In this document: positions 33,900 through 45,728 of the stretch, piece by piece
Layout of the letters: every line of letters begins with the position of its first letter
Numbering within the stretch: the first letter of the stretch is position 1
Source: Felis catus
Lineage: Eukaryota
Direction of reading: 5' to 3'
DNA: 64,000 nucleotides
Assembly: GCF_018350175.1 (NCBI RefSeq)
Contig: NC_058368.1
Coordinates: forward strand, 121,584,001-121,648,000
Position numbers and translations under genes: made by a program
The notes under the pieces: generated by a model
Told to the model about the DNA's origin: nothing
The model's input: the letters and a program-made list of their open reading frames with translations, nothing else
The model's database searches: none

Positions 33900-34149
33900 T
33901 ATTTATTTTTTTATTTTATTTTATTTTAAAAAAAAATTTTTTTTTTAACTTTTTATTTATTTTTGGGACAGAGAGAGACAGAGCATGAATGGGGGAGGGG
34001 CAGAGAGAGAGGGAGACACAGAATCGGAAACAGGCTCCAGGCTCTGAGCCATCAGCCCAGAGCCCGACGCGGGGCTCGAACCCATGGACCGCGAGATCGT
34101 GACCTGGCTGAAGTCAGACGCTTAACCGACTGCGCCACCCAGGCGCCCC
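33900..34149 (-). mobile_element. Young felid Can-SINE
   Basis: Perfect TSD gaatggatgctttt; long AT-rich tail; CpGs intact. Confidence 0.95.
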
Positions 34150-36064
34150 GAATGGATGCTTTTTAAATGTCAGCCCTGCCCTTACTCCCACTCCTCCATG
34201 TTCAGTCCTTCAGGGTGACTTTCCTGGAATCTTCAGGTTAAGCCAGTAGAGGCTGGGGGCCCCCCAAGCCTTCTTCCTGGAGAGTCCTGTGGGTTTCTAC
34301 ATGGAAATAAATCTATGTGAAATGTAAGATGTTCTGCAGCTGGGACTCTACCCCTTTCTTGTCTTCAACCCAGTGAATGGGCAAGGGGACTAGAGATCAG
34401 GTCAGGTCAGGAAGACTTTAATCCCTGCCTAAGACTTCCAGGTGAGCTTAACAGAGTGTATTGTTCCAAAGACCCAAAGCAACTGAGGGGCTAGGTCTCT
34501 CAAAGCGGGTTTCTGAACCCTGCACCGTCCTCCGGCTCTCTTTCCCAGTCTGGTGTGCTCCCTGATATCTCACTCTGCATCTCCCAGGACTGGTGCCTCA
34601 GAGATGAAAGCCAAGAAAATGCAACAAGCCATCGGCGGCACTCACTCAATTGATTTTTACACAAAATTTGCCTTCATGCACGGAGGATGGAAAAATGATC
34701 CCATAAATAATGGATAACAAAAACAAATGCAGGGAGGAAATCAATAGTCACACACTTGATACCGCAGGGAGATGGGAGAGGAAAATATGGAGGCTGTTCC
34801 AGCTAAATGGCCCCCCGGGGAACCCCTTCCTAGCACTTCCTGCTGGAGAGAGATGGGCATATCTTGCCCTAGCTGGCCCCAGGAGCCTTAAGCTGAGTCC
34901 CCGCGGAGGGCACCAGGAGTGTTGTGTCTCATGGAGCCTCTGGCTTCAGTAGGTCCTCATGAGGTCTGGGCTTCTCTCAAAGTCCAGAGTCAGTCTCAGG
35001 ACATTGGGACCATCTGCCCCTCAAGGATCACCCTGATTTCCAGCCCACAGATGAGCATACATGCCTAGTTCTTTTCCTGAGTTGTCCTTGGCCACAGGGG
35101 CTCCAGAAATCTTTTAGAGATGCCAAAAGGTGGCCATCCTTTGAGATGCCTCCCTTTTTCTATTCACAGCAAGTTGCCCCCAGATCTGGCCACTCACTGT
35201 GGTGCTACAAAGCCCCCAGAATGGCATGGGGGCAGGGCTTTGAATCCTGGTTCTACCATCTGCTCTATTTGTATGATTCTTGGCAAGTCACTTAACCTCT
35301 TGAGCTTCAGTTTCCTCATCTGTAAAATGGAGCCAGCAAAATCTCTAAAGCCGATAGGAGGGAATAAACTACTTGATGTGTATAATGCCTGGCATATAGT
35401 AAGTGCTTAGAATAAGGCAGGTTAAGTCACCCTCAAATGATACCTGAAATCTGTGCCTCATGCTCGCTTCCTCTGACTTCAGGGCTTCACAGCCTCATGA
35501 CTGGACGTGTGCAGTAGCTCCTAATTAGTCCTCCTGCCTCTGGCCTCTTAGCTCTTTGGTTGTTGCTCCTCACAGTTGTCATCTTTCTCAAAGGTATGTT
35601 GGTTAGTGTCACTCCTTTTTCTTGACGTTGTTGTTAGTTTTCCTGGTATTCAATTTATTTGACGAGGTGGTACGTTCGCATGGTTCAAAATTGAAGAGGT
35701 GAAAATTCCTCCTTCCACCTTCTCCTCCCACCCGCACAGCACTAGTATCAATGTCTTGTATACCTTTCCAGAGAAGTTTTATTAATTATAAGCATATGTG
35801 TTTGCTTGTGTATATGTGTGCATAAATATGTATTTATGCATATGTATTTTCATGTGTTCTTTTTTCTCAAGATGGTGGCAGATGATGTATGCATACAGTT
35901 CTATACTTTTTAAATTATACTTAATATATCCTAGTGCTTATTCCCTGTGAATATATAAGGAGTTTGCTTTTTTCAAACTGCTGCCGATTGTATTCCATTC
36001 TAGGGATATACCATAGTTTACTTAACCAATCCCTGTTGGTGCAATTGGGTTTTCCCCCCCAGAC

Positions 36065-36270
36065 TTTTTTTTTAATGTTTATTTATTTTTTGAGAGAGAG
36101 AGATAGAGCATTAGTGGGAGAGGGAGACACAGAATCTGAAGCAGGCTCCAGGCTCTGAGCTGTCAGCACAGAGTCCAATGCAGGGCTTGAACCCATGAAC
36201 CCTGGGGAGCTATGAGATCATGACCTGAACTGAAGTCGGATGCTCAACCGACTGAGCCACTCAAGCGCTG
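36065..36270 (-). mobile_element. Can-SINE within an old L1M-like fragment (about 35640-36480)
   Basis: TSD ccccccagactttt. The flanks show L1M-type motifs (aattgctgggtcagagg, ttgctctccagaaaggttgt). Confidence 0.85.
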
Positions 36271-37162
36271 CACCTTGCCCCCCCAGACTTTTGCTTTTAC
36301 AAGCAATGCTGTGATGAGCAACCTCATACATATGTAATTTCACAAGACATCTCTACGATAAATTACTAGATGTGTAATTGCTGGGTCAGAGGGGATGTGC
36401 ATTTTTCCTTTTGATAGATATTGGCAGTTTGCTCTCCAGAAAGGTTGTGCCTTGAATGCACCCAGCAGTAGTATGAGCCTCTTACCCCCGCTCTGGCCCA
36501 CACCCCCGGGGCATCCTCAGCATCCCACACAAGCTCCTCTACATATTTTCAACCACGGCTCCATGTGCTCAGATGCCGCATGGATGCTCTGCCCCCAACA
36601 TTCAGAAGTATCAGTGTTTCCCATCATGTCATCTCGTCTCCCACCTGCCATAACTTTCTCATGCCACCTTTCTGCCTGGCAGAATGCCATTATCCTTCAA
36701 GTCCTTGCTTGATGCCACTTTTGTGCCGCTTTCCCATCCTCCCTAGGTGCACTCAGGCCTCTTCCTCTATCCTCCCATGCCACGCACCATTTTTAGGGCC
36801 CTTACCACACATGTCATATTTGTTTGTGTACTTATACTCAGGTCTTACTCATCTGCGTTTCCTCAGTGAGAACTGTAAGCTCACAGTTAATATTTACTGG
36901 GTGGACATGTAAGATACCACACCAAACTCTGTTGGGGGAAACAATGAGAAAAAACAGCAGGATTCCTGCTCTTGAGGAACTCTCAGAGTTTATTAGAATT
37001 CTCTGATTCTAGAAAAGTGGGTACTTGTTCATATTAGTAAATTCTATAGCTGTCGCAGAATGCACATGGACCTTGCAGTGAATTGCAGACAGAGGTGAGG
37101 GAATGTGTGTGTGCCCCAGAGAGAAGAGAATACACACACAAGCCCATCCCCATCTTAAATGT

Positions 37163-37620
37163 TTCCCTCCCTTCCCCCCTCCCTTCCTTTCCCCTTCCTT
37201 CCTTCCTGCCTCCCTGCCTCTCTCTTTCCCTCCCTCCTTCCTTCCTTCCTTCCTTGCTTCCTTCCTTCCTTCCTTCCTCCCTCTCTCCCTCCTTCCCTTC
37301 CTCCCTTCCCCCCTCCCTTCCTTTCCCCTTCCTTCCTTCCTTCCTTCCTTCCTTCCTTCCTTCCTTCCTTCCTTCCTTCCTTCCTTCCTTCTTCCCTCTC
37401 TCCCTCCTTCCCTTCCTCCCTTCCCCCCTCCCTTCCTTTCCCCTTCCTTCCATCCTTCCTTCCTTCCTTCCTTCCTCCCTCTCTCCTTCCTTCCCTCCCT
37501 CCCTACCTCCTTCCCTCCCTCCCTCCCTACCTCCTTCCCTCCCTCCCTCCCTCCTTCCTTCCTTCCTTCCTTCCTTCCTTCCTTCCTTCCCTCCTTCTTT
37601 CTCCCTCCCTTCTGTCCTTT
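37163..37620. repeat. Complex (CCTT)n/(CCT)n polypyrimidine repeat
   Basis: About 460 bp that is almost purely C/T on the + strand. Confidence 0.95.
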
Positions 37621-38847
37621 CTTTAGGAACAGGTTAGGAAAAAAATGATTTTGCCAAAGTAAATGGTAAGCTTTGAAATGGGAGGTGCATGACAAAAACA
37701 CACAGTCCTGCTTTCTGCTGCCAAGAGGACATATTCCACTCTAAGACCCTGGCAGATAGATCTGAAGAAGCAGTGATAGCAAGTACAGTTTATAGACCAA
37801 GCCATCACAATAAGGGGAAGTAAAAGTTGTAGGAAGGGGGAAAAGCTGACAGGAGAGTGAAGCAAATACTGAAAAGTTAAGCTTGAGCGTGCCAGGACCA
37901 AACACTTCACTAAAAGAGAATTTTGAGCTTCTCATTCTTTTGACTACCCGATTTGAAACCCCAAATCTATCAGAGGAGCTTGATCCTTAATGTGGATTAT
38001 TATTTTATAAATTATTAAGAAGAGCAATATCTCTCCATTTACTGAATGTCATAACAAAAGAGATAGGAGGAAAACCAAGACATCGTCTACCCAAAGAGCC
38101 TAGCATTTGGACAGTGTAAAGTCACTAAATAATTCAGCAGCTATTTGAAAGTATAGTGTTTTGTAATTTCGACAGAACCATCTTAGTCTGGCTCCCTGTA
38201 GCACAGAATTTTAAAAAGATGTTCGCCTTCGTGACGATCTATTTCTAGGAGAAGTGAGCGTCGGGTGGAAATGCTGGTCAGGAGAGAGAGGGCTGTCTAA
38301 TTAGAGAGCCTCGTGTTTACTCTGATTTTAAACTTTCATGAGACTGCGGAGGGTAAGGTCTGACCATCTTCTAGTACTCTCTTTGATTTCTTTCCCTGTG
38401 CCCACACACTTGCGCCCTAACCAGACACATCTGTGCCATGTATGTCCGTGGAAAGGGGAGCATTGCATACGTGGCCACTGACATACTGACAGAAAGATGA
38501 ACGGAGGAGCAAACAAATGTAGTCCTCCGAGCAATCACAGTGAGGTCGGTCACGCCTGGTCTGGCTCATTTGGAGCTGCTGGAAAGACCTGGAAGAGGCT
38601 GAGCCCTGAGAGAGCAGGGATGGGATGAGCCAAGGCGCAAGAGGACTGATCCCAAAGGAAGGAATTAATTCCCAAGTGTGGGGGTGGCTGTACTCAGATC
38701 TGGCCTCCCTAGTACAGAGAGGGTTTCATGCAGTTTGCTGTGGTACCTAAAATTAAAGCATTCTGAGCATGACTAGAAGGCAGAATAGCGTTAGAAATAA
38801 GAGAGCACTTGGGCTGGTCTTTAGGCTCTGCTGCTCCCTGGCTACAT

Positions 38848-39054
38848 GACCTCAGGCAGATGACATCGTCTCTGTGTGTCTCAGTTTCCTGCCCTTTAAG
38901 ACCTCAGGCAGGTGACGTCATCTCAGTGTGCCTCAGTTTCCTGCCCTGTAAAACCTCAGGCAGGTGACGTCATCTCGGTGTGCCTCAGTTTCGAGCCCTT
39001 TAAAACCTCGGGCAGGTGACATTATCTCGTGTGTCTCAGTTTCCTGCACTTTAA
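38848..39054. repeat. 52-bp x4 tandem repeat inside a MIR
   Basis: Units start at 38848, 38900, 38952 and 39004 (acctcaggcaggtgac...ctcagtttcctgccctttaa). Confidence 0.9.
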
Positions 39055-39614
39055 CACCCAGATAATAATCATGCTTACCTCCCAGGGTGGTAATGTCATG
39101 TAGCAGCACAATGCCTGGCTCACGGTAAGTGCTCAATATGTGTCAACTACTCTTATTGCTTTGCCCTTACTTCCTTTGACCCCCAAGAATTGGGGGTAGG
39201 CACGTAGCTAGTTACAGAGAACAGAGCTCTGTGTTTAATGTGGCTATTGAGTGAGGGCCTCTGCAAGTACTTATTGGCAAGACAGACTCCTGTGGATGAG
39301 TTATGTAAGTGGCATCCCAGAGGTCCCGGCATGGATGCAAACCAATTAAGTTAAGCACTTACCGCAATCACAAGTGCAACTCATAGGTTTAAAAGTGGGA
39401 AGAGAGTATATGTGAACTTGGCTTTGCAGTGCTTTGCTTTGTCAGATCTATTAGAAATATAGCCTGTGAATTCCTTCGCTCTTATTCTAAATTCTGGAGC
39501 ATTTTTTGTCTAATGAAGTATACAGTTCTGGATCTATTTTCTACTAGCTGTGCAATCTTGGGCATCTATTTATATTCTATTAAGAGAGTGTAATTTTCTT
39601 ATCCATTCAATTTC

Positions 39615-40220
39615 TGTATCAATTAAAAAAGTTTTAGTACAAACTAAAATCACCCTAGCAATTTTGAAGCACAGGGATTTGATACTGGGAGTTAAGTACT
39701 TACAAAATTCTTGTGAGGGCTGAAGGCTTGGGCTGTAGTTGAACATGTAGGAATAGCTCCTGGAATATTCTGGGAGCTATGGTCTTTATCACAATCAGGA
39801 CAGTGAGTAATTGGCAGCTCACCACTGGAACAAGTGCAGTCTGGAACACACCATCTTGGCTGTTATCCAGAGATCAGGAAAGTCTCCAATGTCCTGCAAT
39901 GTCCAGTCTGAACACTGGACCACGAAAAGCACTACCACTACAACTGTCTCTGGAAACTGGAGATCAGACATTAGTATCTCTATACTTTTTCCTGCCGTTT
40001 GAAAACAGCCAACATAGCAGGGAATTGCCTCTCACTTCGTTCCTGCCTTCCAAACCTTGCTTGAGTGAATCTACTTTGTGAAATCTCTCTCACCTGTAGA
40101 ACCGTAGCTGGAAGGGCGTCTGGAAATGCCCTGTTAGTTTTCTAGCCTCTTAAAAGCAGGATGGTACCTCAAAGAAGATGGAAATTGATGTTGAGTACTG
40201 ATTGACCGTATCCAACCCAG
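39615..40220. mobile_element. Ancient LTR (MaLR/ERVL-like) remnant
   Basis: Overall resemblance to old MLT-type LTRs; the family is not resolved. Confidence 0.4.
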
Positions 40221-40370
40221 AAAATAATAATGGTAACTATGTTATGGAGTTATTGTGGGGATGAAGTAAGATAATAAAGTGATTTGGAGACAATCTAAGA
40301 AAAAGTAGGCAATTAATAAATGAATTACATCTAACAATGCTACTATAGTGGGATTCGTTGCTTCATCTGT

Positions 40371-40626
40371 TTTTAAAAAAAATTTTAAAGTTTAATTATT
40401 TGGAGAGAGAGTACGAGCCTAAGTGAGAGTGGGGGGGAGGGGAAAAGAGTGAGTGAGAGAGAAGGGGGTGGAGGGAGAGGGAGAGAGAGAATCCCAAGCA
40501 GGCTTCACGCTGTCAGCACACAGTCTGACATGGGGTTCAATGCAGGGCTCAATGTCACATGTGAGATCATGACCTGATCTGAAATCAAGAGTCAGATGCT
40601 TAACTGACTGAGCCACCAAGGTGCCC
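40371..40626 (-). mobile_element. Can-SINE
   Basis: TSD gttgcttcatct / gttgcttcctct. Confidence 0.88.
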
Positions 40627-41332
40627 TGGTTGCTTCCTCTTTTAAAAATACCCAAAGGGAATCATTCTTTGTTCAGATGTGAGGCTGAATTTCCTGAGAG
40701 AATTGTCTACCTGGCTCAGTGGCCTCAGTGGCTTCCTTTCAACCAGAGGTCATAACACAAGTATCTCTAGAAGCCCTCCTTGCCCATCTGCCAGTGCTTG
40801 AGAAAAACTTTCCAGGCTATTCCCCCTGTTCTCTGTTCAAACCCCCCCCCCCCTTGTTCTGGACTCTGCAGTTCCCATCCTGCTCCTTCATGCCAAATTT
40901 CTGTTTCTCTGATTGCCCTCTCATAGTGAGACCTGAATAGAACGAATTGCTTGGCTTGGTCTCAATTTCATCTCTGGCCAGTACTCTTCCCACTTCATAA
41001 CGATCCCGGGCTTGGAACCTTGTACTGAGGATGGGGCCCAAGACCCCACTTGTCTTCAAAGAAATTATAAATAATTAGGTAGAAGCTAGAATAAAGTACT
41101 GAGAATTCCAAGATAGAGCTCAAACCAAGCAGGTTGGTCTAAGGCAAATACATAGAGAGAAAATTTATCTTCAGTGTCTTCTGACCCCTGTTTTGTTGTT
41201 GTTAAGTATTTTCTACTTACTTATTGAGCTTACCAGTTCCCCTCTCACTTGGGATCATAGTAGACATTCTCTACAAACCTTACTTGTTCTACATCGCATT
41301 TTTTTTCAGTGTCTTATAAAATGGCTAGTTAG

Positions 41333-41471
41333 CTCAGGGATTCTCAAACCTGTCTGGACCTTAGCTCACCTCAACTGAATCAAAATCTCAGGGGGTATGG
41401 GTGAGATCTCAGCAGCAGCAATTTTTAAAGCTCTCCAGAAAGAATAATGTGCAGCCAGAGTTAAGAACTAA
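41333..41471. mobile_element. MER5-like DNA transposon remnant
   Basis: ttctcaaac...actgaatcaaaatctc...tttttaaagctctcca...gcagccagagttaagaac. Confidence 0.6.
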
Positions 41472-42811
41472 TTTGACAGCCTAACTTGAGTTGATATGTC
41501 AATGGGTGCAAATGTCTTAATATACCACCCCAACTAGGGGAGTCTTTTTTTTTTTTTTCACTAGGGTCTTTTCAGGCAATGATGTAATTCAAAAAACAAA
41601 TTTATAATTGCATTTTTGGGCCCCATGGCAGGATAAAGTGATAGGTAAAGTTTTGGGGTCAGGACAATATTTTAACATCACTCAGGTTATACCATTCAAG
41701 CAGGTGACTTTTCCACCTATACATAGAACCAGTTCTAGCAGTTAATATTTAATTCTTAGTAAAAAAATAGTTCTGTTCTATGACATGAAATTATATTTTA
41801 TTCTCTATTCTTCTGTGTAATCCTTGGCAAATTACTTAACCTCTCTGAATCCCCATTTCTTCATTTCATCAATGGGTATGATAGTAGTAACCACCTCAGA
41901 GAATTGTACTATGACAATTGTATGTGACTAATGACATCTGTGAAGTATCTGGTACGTTAGAGGTGAAAAATAAATTGAATCTCCTACTAGTATTGAATTA
42001 GGGTTTATTCATTGGCATAGCGTTTAGAAGCTGTTTGAAAACTAGGTGACGTCAGCAGGTAAATAAATTGGACATGCTCAAGTCTGTGACCAGTGGAAGG
42101 AATTAAAATGTGTCCTCTCCAGGAAACCTTGGAGTGCTGCTTAGCATGGAATAACCTTAATGGAAATTTCCAATAAGGATGGTAAGTTTAGTGTTACTTG
42201 CTTGGTTTGTTTATCCAAACCGAACCCCTGCCTGTAAGCTACAGGGCCAATGAAATAGGTAACGTGTTCTGAGTTTTTGTTCTACTGCTTTTCATGTGAA
42301 CTGGATGGCCAAAGTTTGTTACATGAATAAGGCCAACATAGATGAAAGGAAAGAAGGGGTGATGGAAAATCCAAATGTTCTAAATACCATATGTTGACAA
42401 TAGCATGAATGACAATCTTGAAAATTTGAAAACAATTCATGTGTTGCCGTACAAAAATGCCAAAGGAGACTATGGTGTATCTGCTCATCAGTTTAATGAG
42501 CCTTGATGAGCGCTTCACATGTGCTAGGCACTGAGCTAGTTTTATGAAGAAGATAAAAAGATATAGACCCGGCCCTCCAGAGGTCAGGGGCCCCTGGGGA
42601 CACTGACAAAAGAGAGATAATTATTAAGTAGTACTATTGAAAGTAAGGATTTTAGGAGTATTCGATAACATTGAAAGAATAAAGAGATACTGAGTTAAAA
42701 ATGTATGATACAAAGTGGCAAATAGAGTATAATTCTCTTGATATTAAAATATGCCCAGAAAAAGACTGAAAAGAAATACACCATGTAAAAATGACAGCTA
42801 CAATTAAAAAA

Positions 42812-42914
42812 TTATTTATTTATGTAAGTAATCTCTATACCCAATGTGGGGCTCAAAACTCATGACCCCGAGATCAAGAGTCCCATGCTTTCCAGACTGA
42901 GCCAGCCAGGCACC
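42812..42914 (-). mobile_element. Short Can-SINE subtype
   Basis: taatctctatacccaatgtggggctc...gagatcaagagtc...ctgagccagccaggcacc. Confidence 0.85.
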
Positions 42915-43115
42915 ACAACAGCTGTAATTTTATTAAGGTGGTGGTATTATGGCTAGATTTCCCCTTTCTATTCTCTAGTTTCCAAAGTTTCTCCATCTTA
43001 AAAATATATTATTTTCTTAATGTAAAATGTAAACACAAAACATCTCAAAAGATATCCTGAAATATGACAGAAATGATCCATCTTCTATCTCTTTGCTACC
43101 TCCAGCTTCATATCT

Positions 43116-43690
43116 GTCTCAGGTTACGTTTCCTGAAAGCAACAACCAAGACACGAGCTTGGGTGCAGGTATTTTCTTTGAGAGGTGATCCTAGGAAGGC
43201 TGGATGGAAGAATGGGGAAGATGAGGCACAGTGAAGAAAAGCCAATACATACGGGGTGGCCTTGTGAGCTGTTTACCACTGGAGCAATTGGAGCATGGCC
43301 TCCCTGGGGGTCCTCTGAGGAACCCTGTGATCAGTGCCATAGCTGAACCGTGGCTCTGAAAGGTGGGAGGGAAGTTGGGCATTTATCCATTGACTCCTAT
43401 GCCCCAGTAAATGTGGGTTGCTCTTGGGAGCTCTAACTGTCCTCAACTTTCAGGCTGTACTGTGCCTGGGTGAAGTAGCCATCCTTGGCCTTGGGGAAAG
43501 TCTGGAGGCAGAATAGCAGAGAGACACCAGAGGGTTCACTAGACACTGACCATGAGCGTTGAGCAATCCAGCTCTGCACTGATATCAGGAGCACAGAAGG
43601 CATGGGCAGGGCACGCAAAACCCCTGCAATATCCAGACATGTCTCAACTTCTGGGTCTTCTCCCTCCGTCTGTTCAGGGTGTATCAACAA
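43116..43690. mobile_element. MLT1-type (MaLR) solo LTR remnant
   Basis: tgtctcaggtt...cttgggtgcagg...gaggtgatcctaggaagg...ggaagatgaggcacag...aagccaata motifs typical of old MLT1 LTRs. Confidence 0.6.
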
Positions 43691-45677
43691 CTCAGAAACC
43701 TGGAAGGCAGGTCTATCACAGTTGGGAACAGCATAGAATTGGGAGCTGAGAACAAATGGATTGAGTACTGAGTTCTTACAGCTCTCAAGAGGTTAAAATG
43801 ACAAGCTAGATTTCGAGTTCTTACAAATCTCAAGAGGTTGAAATGACACACTAGATTTAAAGATGGAATATAAATAATGAGAAATGAAAAATTAAAAATG
43901 TATACATAGCTTCAAACATGCAAAGGCAAAGGACTGGAAAACATGGCTTGACCAGAGAAAATTTGATGCAATAGAATACATGTGGGTTTGGGTTAAGCCT
44001 AAACATAAAATAGGAACCAAGAGAAATTTCATTCCATCTTGCATGGCAATCTCTGCTTGAATAAGCAGGATAAAAGGCCCATGTACTCTCAGCTAGCCAG
44101 CAGGGATGCTGGGCTATGTTGTGGGCACTCTGTTGAAGTAAGGCATAGACCAAGTGGAACACGGGTATGGGAGAATCACCAGTGTTGGCCTCGGTGGTGG
44201 GGAGGCAGAAATTACATACTTTGGGCTGGAGGGACGGAGGAGGTTTAGCCAAGAAAGAGGCAGGAGGGGAGGAGGAACATGAGTGCTTCAAATATCTCAA
44301 AGGCTCTTGAGGTGAAGCAGTAGGAGGCGGTGTGGCATTGTGGTGGAGACCATGGTATATGGAGCCAGACACACATGCCTTCATTGGAATCCCATTTGCT
44401 GTTAACTCACTACATAGGCTTGGTCAGGTCATCTGCAAAATGAAAACACTAATGATACCGACATCACATGGTTGCATGTATATTAAATGAGATGTGTATG
44501 TAAATTGCTGAACATAGTACCTACCCACATAGAAGTGCTCACATAATGATGATAATTAGAACTTTACATAAAAGGGGAATTAGACTTGGTCTCTGTGACC
44601 ACAAATTACTGAACTGAGGCCACTAGTTCAGTACTGATTTGATCTTAATCTACATAAGGCCTCTGTCACCTTCCGAATGGGCTGCCAAAATGTATAGACT
44701 GCCTTTGGAATAGTGAGATTTCTGACATGGTGTAGACAATCAGCCATATGGTCTCTGACCAAACCCTTAGAGGAGACTGAAGAGCTTTTTAAGTCTTCCG
44801 CATCTGGGGTCTTCGCCGGGTCCTTGCCGGCCCCTGTGCCTGGCCTGGAGTCACCAGTGACAAGAGTTTCCATGGAAACCATGAGGGGCTCAGAATTCTG
44901 TGTCTGCACACTGTATCCCAAAGGAAGGAGCACCAAAGCAGTATCCCCGGTAATAGTGTGCACTTTTTAAAACTGTCTGATTAAATATTAACCCCAGAGA
45001 CGGAGCATTAACGGGTCTCTTATGTAAACTTTGTGCATCTCATAACCATCCGGGAAAGGGGCTTAGGTAGAGCACTCCAAGGAAATTAAATCTATTCGCC
45101 TGTCTCCTTGCTCCATGCCATCGCTGACAAATGGCACAGAGGGCTGCCCTGGGGCTGCTGCCCTCTCTGTATCGCCCTTCCTCGGGCGCTCGCCAGGGAC
45201 GGTGGGGTGGGAGTGCCAGGAGCGGGGCCCAGGGCCAAACTTGACACGATCTTTGACCCTTTCCTCCTTTCCTTCTTCTCCTGTTTCTTCCATGTCTGGA
45301 ATCCCCAAGTACCGGCTTCTCAGGAGTGGGTACAGACGAGCGGCAGAGGTGCTTAAAGAGAGGATAGAGGCAGGTGGGAGACAGGGACATGTAGTGAAGC
45401 AGCTGGGGTCAGGAGACATGAGTTTGTGCCTTTAGCTTTGTGATCTTGGGCAAATCCATTGATCTCTCTGGCTCTGGGGAAAATAGAAGGATTTGAACTA
45501 CAGTTCACTCGCATCTTAAGCAACCATTTTTGAGTGGCTCTTGTGTGCCCGGGATATAGTGAGGTTAGAGGCCCAGTTCCTGCATTTGAGGAGTTCACAG
45601 TATAGCTGAGAGGGTCTCTGCTTGGGGTCCGTGTATCCCTTCAAGGGATAAAAACCCTTGCCTTTGCCCCTTAAATC

Positions 45678-45682
<5 letters not shown>

Positions 45683-45726
<44 letters not shown>
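45683..45726. repeat. (GT)22 microsatellite
   Basis: Read directly from the sequence. Confidence 0.95.

Positions 45727-45728
<2 letters not shown>

Noticed and set aside
37009..37701. Several ORFs of 139-230 aa (GRKE and PSFL repeats)
   Set aside because: These are translations of the (CCTT)n repeat.
38848..39054. Regularly spaced repeats as a CRISPR-like array
   Set aside because: The units are head-to-tail with no unique spacers, derive from a MIR and lie in mammalian DNA with no cas genes.
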